DNA of 64,000 nt from Nitrospinaceae bacterium (GTDB lineage: Bacteria; Nitrospinota; Nitrospinia; Nitrospinales; Nitrospinaceae): positions 1,408,001 to 1,472,000 of the forward strand of contig OZ250172.1 in the NCBI GenBank assembly GCA_965237905.1, in the 5' to 3' direction. How positions within the stretch are numbered: the stretch's first letter is position 1; the number at the start of each line of letters is the position of its first letter. This document shows, piece by piece, positions 57,986 through 64,000 of this stretch. A program made the translations under genes and the position numbers. A model generated the notes under the pieces. It saw only the letters and a program-made list of their open reading frames with translations, was not told the origin of the DNA and made no database searches.

Positions 57986-59419
57986 ATGCTACGAACGGAA
58001 AGCTTAATTTATCTGATTGCAGTTTCCTTATTCATGAGCGCTTGTGCCACGCCGAAACCCCCGACCCAACCAGAAATAGTGGAGCAGGCGTTGCCTGAAA
58101 CGACCGTTATTGCTCCAAAATTTAAAGCCGTGGTTCCTAAAAAACTACAAACGGCCAGTGCCGAGTCCCAGTGGACCGGAGCGATCTCCGGAAAGGTGAC
58201 CGACGGCTGGCTGGCCTCTTTTAACGATGACAGATTGGAAGCTTTGGTGGTTGAAGCTTTAAAGAACAACCGTAGTCTGGCCACAGCGGCGGCTAACCTG
58301 GAAGCGGCAGAGGGTTTGGCAAAACAAGCCGGTGCCCGGCTTGCCCCTGCCGTTAATATTGGTGGCAGTGGCCAAAGCACAATGCGAAAGGGCTCTAATA
58401 CCAATTTAGGAGGCGTTGCCCTGAATGTAAACTGGGAGTTGGATATTTGGGGGAAACTACGTTCAGCTGCCAGTGCCGCCGAAGAATCCTATAAGGCCAG
58501 TGAAGCCGATTTTGAATTTGGACGCCAGTCTTTGGTGGCACAAATAGCTAAATCCTGGTTTCTGGCAACAGAAACATATCTGCAAAAAAAGCTGGCCGAG
58601 GAGGCAGTTCTCATTTATCGCCGTATGCTGGAAATCGCCAACACGAAATTGGAGGTGGGTGAAGCACAGGAACAGGATGTTTATCTGGCCAAAGCCGATT
58701 TGGCCAGTGCTGAAGAGAGGCAGAGGCAGGCGCAAGGGGCTTTTGAGCAATCGGTCAGGAGCATCGAGGTTATCTTGGGCCGATATCCCTCGGCGGAATT
58801 GGAAGTGTCCCGCGAGTTTGCTGAGATTCTCGTGCCTGTACCAGTCGGCATACCGTCCGAACTGCTTGAAAGGCGACCGGATATATTTGCGGCCGAACGG
58901 CGAGTGGCAGCCGCTTTTCAACGCGTCAAGTCTGCCAAAGCGGCTAAACTCCCCACCATAGCCCTAACAGCCTCAGGGGGTCGTTCAAGTAATGAGCTGA
59001 TCAACCTCGTTGGGGCCAATAAGGGCTTTTTCTCATTAGGCGCCAACCTGCTCGCGCCGATAGATGTGGGTGGCGGTCTGGAGGCGCAGGTAAAAATTGA
59101 GACGGCACAACAGAAAGCCGCTTTAGCAAATTACGGGCAGGTTGCATTGATGGCCTTTAGCGAAACTGAAACGGGGATATCCAATGAAACTTTGCTGGAT
59201 CAACGCAAGGAATTGCTTGCGATAGCAGTAAAGCAGAATAAAAAGGCCTTGGAGGTGGCAAAAACACAATATGAATTTGGCCAGGTCGATTTTCTCAGTG
59301 TTCTGCAAATGCAGGCACGTTTGCTGGGTTCCCGGATAGAATTGATCAGAATTAAGAATGCAAAGCTGGCGCAGCGGGTAGATTTGCACCTCGCTTTGGG
59401 AGGTAGTTTTGAGAAATAA
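57986..59419 (+). CDS. TolC/NodT-family outer membrane efflux lipoprotein
   Basis: Lipobox MSAC, WELDIWGK, PSELLERRPDI, LHLALGGS. Confidence 0.92.
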   Translation: MLRTESLIYLIAVSLFMSACATPKPPTQPEIVEQALPETTVIAPKFKAVVPKKLQTASAESQWTGAISGKVTDGWLASFNDDRLEALVVEALKNNRSLATAAANLEAAEGLAKQAGARLAPAVNIGGSGQSTMRKGSNTNLGGVALNVNWELDIWGKLRSAASAAEESYKASEADFEFGRQSLVAQIAKSWFLATETYLQKKLAEEAVLIYRRMLEIANTKLEVGEAQEQDVYLAKADLASAEERQRQAQGAFEQSVRSIEVILGRYPSAELEVSREFAEILVPVPVGIPSELLERRPDIFAAERRVAAAFQRVKSAKAAKLPTIALTASGGRSSNELINLVGANKGFFSLGANLLAPIDVGGGLEAQVKIETAQQKAALANYGQVALMAFSETETGISNETLLDQRKELLAIAVKQNKKALEVAKTQYEFGQVDFLSVLQMQARLLGSRIELIRIKNAKLAQRVDLHLALGGSFEK

Positions 59420-59492
59420 GTATAGGGTAAGAATGGCCCGGTAAATTTTTCAAGCTTCTCTGAGCAAAGGCGTTGATCCACGAAAGGGATTT

Positions 59493-60191
59493 ATGACTTC
59501 TGCTGAAAAGCCCAGGCACCTAGCGACTGAACCAAAATTCGGTTTTGCTTTGTTGCTTTTTTGCCTGATCGCATCGCTTCTGGTTCCGGCTTATTTTGAG
59601 AATCAGATAATGGGGGGTGTTGCATTGCGGGGGATGCTCTCCCTGATCTTGCTGGCCAGTCTCTATCTGATTGCGTATCAGCTTCGCGAATTACTGATTG
59701 GAATAGTTTTGGTGGTGCCCACATTGCTGGTGAACTGGTGGAATGGGTTACTTCCACCACCTTGGAGTGTATATGTCGCTAGCGCGTTCTACGTAGTATT
59801 TCTTTGCTATATCAGCATTTTTATTGTCCGTTTTATATTTGAGACTGAGCAAATCAGCCTGGATATGATATTTGCGGCAATATGCCTTTATATGTATATA
59901 GGACTGATATGGACGTTTATTTATCTGATCACGGAGGTGAGCCGTCCGGGTTCATTCAGTTTTGCCACTGAATTGGCTGGTGATCCGGAAGGGCTGGTGC
60001 ATTCTTTGCGGAGTAATTTCTCTTACTTCAGCTATGTAACACTTTCGACGTTGGGTTATGGCGACGTGACACCCCTAACCCGATTCGCCCGGGCCTGGGC
60101 AATATTGGAAGCGTTGACAGGTCAATTTTTCCTCGCGTTAGTGGTAGCCAGACTAATCGGGTTGTTTATTGCTAACAGACGTTCTGGTTAA
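59493..60191 (+). CDS. potassium channel family protein
   Basis: YFSYVTLSTLGYGDVTP pore/selectivity-filter motif; multiple TM segments. Confidence 0.88.
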   Translation: MTSAEKPRHLATEPKFGFALLLFCLIASLLVPAYFENQIMGGVALRGMLSLILLASLYLIAYQLRELLIGIVLVVPTLLVNWWNGLLPPPWSVYVASAFYVVFLCYISIFIVRFIFETEQISLDMIFAAICLYMYIGLIWTFIYLITEVSRPGSFSFATELAGDPEGLVHSLRSNFSYFSYVTLSTLGYGDVTPLTRFARAWAILEALTGQFFLALVVARLIGLFIANRRSG

Positions 60192-60216
60192 CTGCACGTG
60201 GAGGCACTTCACCCCG

Positions 60217-60245
60217 TTGACAAAGGGAGCAAGGCGGGATATGTT
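60217..60245 (+). promoter_or_regulatory. putative sigma70 promoter
   Basis: TTGACA-17 bp-TATGTT upstream of the CDS at 60278. Confidence 0.55.
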
Positions 60246-60277
60246 AAGGTACTTTCGTCGGCAACGAGATAACACTT

Positions 60278-60643
60278 ATGATTCAGCTGGAATTGCGAAG
60301 TGACACAGGAGTTCTGATCGTGAAACCGCTGGGACCGCTAGGGGCGGAAGATTTTGCGGCCATTGCCCATGATGCCGATGGCTACATCGAGTCTCACGGT
60401 GCGTTGAACGGATTGGTGATCTGTTCGGAAAAATTTCGCGGCTGGAGGAATGTACAGGGTCTCTGGTCACACCTCAAGTTTGTTCGTGACCATCACAAGA
60501 AAATTAAAAAAGTAGCCTTCGTCAGTAATTCCAAAATTCCTGAACTCATCATCAATTTTGCGAAATATTTTGTCCATCCGGAAGCAAAATATTTTAAATA
60601 CAACGAAGAAGGCTCGGCTATGCATTGGATCGGTGCGTCATGA
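60278..60643 (+). CDS. STAS/SEC14 (SpoIIAA-like) domain protein
   Basis: GPLGAEDF, FRGW, HLKFVRDHHKKIKKVAFV. Confidence 0.85.
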   Translation: MIQLELRSDTGVLIVKPLGPLGAEDFAAIAHDADGYIESHGALNGLVICSEKFRGWRNVQGLWSHLKFVRDHHKKIKKVAFVSNSKIPELIINFAKYFVHPEAKYFKYNEEGSAMHWIGAS

Positions 60644-60700
60644 CCGATACCACTATCAAAAATCTGTTGCCGCCGGACCCTTTGACGGGGGTTTGAGGAA

Positions 60701-61327
60701 ATGAACGCATCCACTATGAATATTAAACTTGTCTTGCTGGGTTGCCTGATGGTTCTTGCCGGGCTTACTGCCTGCGGCGGTCAGTCCACGGGCGGCAACG
60801 GCTTTTTGAGCGACTACTCCAAACTACAGAAAAATCCCAGGTATGCGGGATCGCGGATTTATACCAACCCTGAGACACCTTTGAAAAACTATTCACGATT
60901 TATCGTGGACCCGGTACAAGTACGGTTGTCCTCCGTGGGGGCATACCGGGGCGCCGGCCAGGATAAACTGCAGGAAATATCCCAGTATGCGTATCAACAA
61001 TTCGTCACCGCGTTACAAAATAACGGATACGAAGTGGTGACCAGCCCTGGACCGGGAACCTTGATATTGCGGAGTGCCCTTACGGAAGTAGCGCCGAGCG
61101 AACTCAAACCCCGTTCTTTTCTGATGAATATCAGCCTGGGAGGTGCCTCCATTGAGGTGGAGTTCGTCGATGCCCTTTCGGGAGAAATCGTCGTGGCGGT
61201 TATGGAATCGCAAAGAGGTAAAATAACCCCGGCGGGCTCAAATGAATATGAAAATGCCAAAAACGTAATTGACCGCTGGGCTAAAAGACTGGTTCAGCGC
61301 CTGGACGAAGAGCATGGAAAAAAATGA
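60701..61327 (+). CDS. DUF3313-family lipoprotein
   Basis: Lipobox LTAC, GFLSDYSKL, PGPGTLILRSALT, ASIEVEFVDALSGE. Confidence 0.8.
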   Translation: MNASTMNIKLVLLGCLMVLAGLTACGGQSTGGNGFLSDYSKLQKNPRYAGSRIYTNPETPLKNYSRFIVDPVQVRLSSVGAYRGAGQDKLQEISQYAYQQFVTALQNNGYEVVTSPGPGTLILRSALTEVAPSELKPRSFLMNISLGGASIEVEFVDALSGEIVVAVMESQRGKITPAGSNEYENAKNVIDRWAKRLVQRLDEEHGKK

Positions 61328-61336
61328 GGAAAATAC

Positions 61337-61900
61337 ATGACTGATGAAATCATCAAAAACCTGGGACCGTTGGCACCGCTGGCGGGAATCTGGGAAGGCG
61401 ACAAGGGAGACGACACCGCACCTGCTGATGACCGCGGAACGGAAACCAACAAATTCCGCGAACGCATCACGTTCGAACCCATGGGACCGGTGAACAATCA
61501 CGAGCAAGTGCTGTACGGCCTGCGGTACACCACCACGGCCTGGCCATCGGGCGCGAGCGATCCGTTTCATGAAGAGTCGGGTTACTGGCTGTGGGATGCG
61601 AAAGCGAAACAGGTGCTCCGTTGTTTCATCGTTCCGCGCGGGGTGGCGGTCATTGCCGGGGGTACCGTGGAATCGGACGCCAGATCATTCGAACTGGCGG
61701 CAGACGCCGGTTCGGAAACCTATGGCATCTGTTCCAATCAATTTCTGGACAAGGAATTCAAGACCGTCCGTTATGAGTTGAAGGTGACCATCCACGACGA
61801 TCAAAGCTTCAGCTACGAGGAGGACACCCAACTCCAAGTCAAGGGCCGGAAAGACCTCTTTCACCACATCGACAAAAATATCTTACAGCGCACCGCGTAA
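61337..61900 (+). CDS. heme-binding beta-barrel protein (nitrobindin/DUF1794)
   Basis: LGPLAPLAGIWEG, FHEESGYWLW, C-terminal His region (FHHID). Confidence 0.82.
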   Translation: MTDEIIKNLGPLAPLAGIWEGDKGDDTAPADDRGTETNKFRERITFEPMGPVNNHEQVLYGLRYTTTAWPSGASDPFHEESGYWLWDAKAKQVLRCFIVPRGVAVIAGGTVESDARSFELAADAGSETYGICSNQFLDKEFKTVRYELKVTIHDDQSFSYEEDTQLQVKGRKDLFHHIDKNILQRTA

Positions 61901-62023
61901 CCAGCGTGACGCTGGACCCTACTTGACCAAGACGTTATTTCGCGATTCTTGTTTGCGAGGAGCCGAAAAGTTATAAGCCGGTACAGGAATCCTGCCTGGG
62001 GAGTATTTTCGATAACTTAAATT

Positions 62024-64000
62024 TCAAACCTCGAACAATCCCCTTAAGACGTCCAAACACCGGGGATCATACAATCCGAGTTTGGTTTCTTTCTCAATTT
62101 CACGGATCGCACTCTTATATTCCCATGTTTCTGCATACAGACGTTTTGAGGTCATGGCGTCAAACGTATCCGCTACCGCCAGAATTCTGCCACCCAAAGG
62201 AATTTGTTCCTCTTTTAATCCATTGGGATACCCGGACCCATTCCATCGTTCGTGGTGCGATGCGACAATTCCCAATAGAGATTCGGACTGATATCCCATC
62301 TGTTGAATGAGCCGGCAACTTTCCGAAGGGTGCTTTTTAAAAATTTCATATTCTGTTGGACTTAGCTTTCTATTATTATCCAGCAATTCAGAAGGAATAA
62401 TGGCATTACCGATATCGTGTAAAAATGCGGCTAACAGAATATTTTCTTTTTCTTCAAGCGATAATTCCATTACATCTGCTATAGCGTAAGCAATGACCGC
62501 GACCGTTTTCCCATGGCCCACCCGCCCATCAATACTTTCAATGGGGAGGATCACTTCATCTGGAATATTTAATTTGGATGCGGCCTCATGATATTTATCG
62601 TAAAAGGCCTCGGGAATTTTAGATCGATTGCGCATACCATCAATCAGGCCGACGACTCGATATACGGACATGCGATCCTTTTTCCCTTTTATGGCAATCT
62701 TTTCAAATTCCTCTTTCTTTAAATTGGCATCCGCGAATCCCAATCTGGCTTTTGTGTTATCGGGGTCCAATTTCAAAACCTTTTGATAACAATCAATCGC
62801 GGCGCTGGCTGCTTTCATTTCAAAAAGAGCATTACCCAGGGCATTCAGTTTATCTAAATCATCAGGAGTTTTTACCAAATCCGCTTCCAGCCCTTTGATC
62901 TTATTTTCAAGAACATCATCAGACGACCGTTGGCCGGAAAAATTGTTTACTTGAGTAGCCAGGATATACGGTTTGACATCGGAATAAGTTTCTTCATCAA
63001 TAAATACTCCACCGGGATCGCAGATATTCTCCAATCTGGAAGCCAGGTTGGCGGTATCCCCGATACAGGAATAGCTTTTTCTTTTGGACCCAAACAAACC
63101 TATGACCGAGGGACCGGTTGCGATTCCAATCCGCATTTCCCAGTTGGTATTTAATTCCTTAAGACAGCTTTGCATATTGAGCGCGGCAAGAACGGCCATC
63201 AATGAATGCATTTGGTAGTTGATGGGAGCCCCAAATTCAACCATAATCCCGTCGCCCATATATTTATCAATGTGACCAAAATATTTTATGATGCTTTTTC
63301 CCATTTCATGCAGATAAGTATTCAATTCATCTACCACCTGTTCCGGAGGATGGGTATCGGAATAAGAAGTAAAATCTTTGAGATCTGAAAAAAGAACTGA
63401 GATTCGCCTTTTCTCCGTGCGCAATTTTCCTTCGATCATCATGCGCGCCACATTACCATCCATAACGGAAAACAAGGTGTCTTCCACTTTGGTTTTCAGG
63501 GTTTCAATGGTTCTGTGGGAACGCTCCAAATCCTGGGTTCTTTCCGCAACCTGCAATGCTAATTGATCGGTGTGTTTACTTAATTCCTCGTTAGAGATTT
63601 TCAACAAAGCTTTTTCTCTGGACAGATCGTTTTGCAGTTCTTGATTGTTTTTCAACTCCAATCTAAACCGTTCGGACAAACTCCCAACCCACCAACCTGA
63701 CAAGATCAAGAATCCTCCCCAAACGATTAAATTGAAGTACAGATCGAACTCTCCGGCTTGTGTCAGATAATTTTCTTTATCCGCCAGGACAAAAATCCAT
63801 ATCATGAGGGTGGCAAAAAAAGCACCCAAAACAGCTGTTTTTTCCCCCAGAAAGTACCCGGCCGTCATTATAGGAAGGAAATAAAAATTCAGAAATGCAA
63901 CTTTGGAATAAACAAAATAATTAATGAGGCTGACGCTTACCAGAATTAAAAGAATGAAAATCCCCTCAAAATTCTTAAAAATGTAATCCCTGATAACACC
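62024..64000 (-). CDS. membrane-bound class III nucleotide cyclase-TPR-HD-GYP fusion (5'-partial)
   Basis: Frame open to the window edge; FSDLKDFT, DKYMGD, GDTANLASRLE, TPR, LHDIG, HHERWNGSGYP. Confidence 0.88.
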   Translation of the reverse strand, partial: GVIRDYIFKNFEGIFILLILVSVSLINYFVYSKVAFLNFYFLPIMTAGYFLGEKTAVLGAFFATLMIWIFVLADKENYLTQAGEFDLYFNLIVWGGFLILSGWWVGSLSERFRLELKNNQELQNDLSREKALLKISNEELSKHTDQLALQVAERTQDLERSHRTIETLKTKVEDTLFSVMDGNVARMMIEGKLRTEKRRISVLFSDLKDFTSYSDTHPPEQVVDELNTYLHEMGKSIIKYFGHIDKYMGDGIMVEFGAPINYQMHSLMAVLAALNMQSCLKELNTNWEMRIGIATGPSVIGLFGSKRKSYSCIGDTANLASRLENICDPGGVFIDEETYSDVKPYILATQVNNFSGQRSSDDVLENKIKGLEADLVKTPDDLDKLNALGNALFEMKAASAAIDCYQKVLKLDPDNTKARLGFADANLKKEEFEKIAIKGKKDRMSVYRVVGLIDGMRNRSKIPEAFYDKYHEAASKLNIPDEVILPIESIDGRVGHGKTVAVIAYAIADVMELSLEEKENILLAAFLHDIGNAIIPSELLDNNRKLSPTEYEIFKKHPSESCRLIQQMGYQSESLLGIVASHHERWNGSGYPNGLKEEQIPLGGRILAVADTFDAMTSKRLYAETWEYKSAIREIEKETKLGLYDPRCLDVLRGLFEV

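Overview
Core-genome window of a Gram-negative bacterium. I infer a Nitrospinota/deltaproteobacteria-like lineage from protein sequences and gene order, but this is not database-checked. Positions 0.3-39 kb, almost all on the - strand, hold rho-rpmE-prfA-prmC-murA-waaF and one continuous translation/transcription supercluster: tRNA cluster, rpmG, secE, nusG, rplKAJL, rpoBC, and the str, S10, spc and alpha operons. Positions 39-54 kb hold a lipid A/Kdo region (lpxK operon divergent from two tandem waaA genes), putP, leuS-lptE-holA and rpsT. From about 55.4 kb the sequence is AT-richer and accessory-like: a DUF3302/HlyD/TolC module, a K+ channel, nitrobindin and a cyclase-TPR-HD-GYP fusion. Main oddities: RpoB carries an ungapped copy of the RpoC zinc-binding motif; an LmtA/ICMT-like methyltransferase is coupled to lpxK next to duplicated waaA; L29 has an in-frame TAG followed by a coding-like tail; tRNA-Thr(UGU) is decayed; a tmRNA-3'-like fragment sits at the edge of the accessory region; NusG has an acidic heptad-repeat extension; rpmD and tufB are absent from their usual positions. 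No CRISPR array, rRNA, transposase or integrase was seen.
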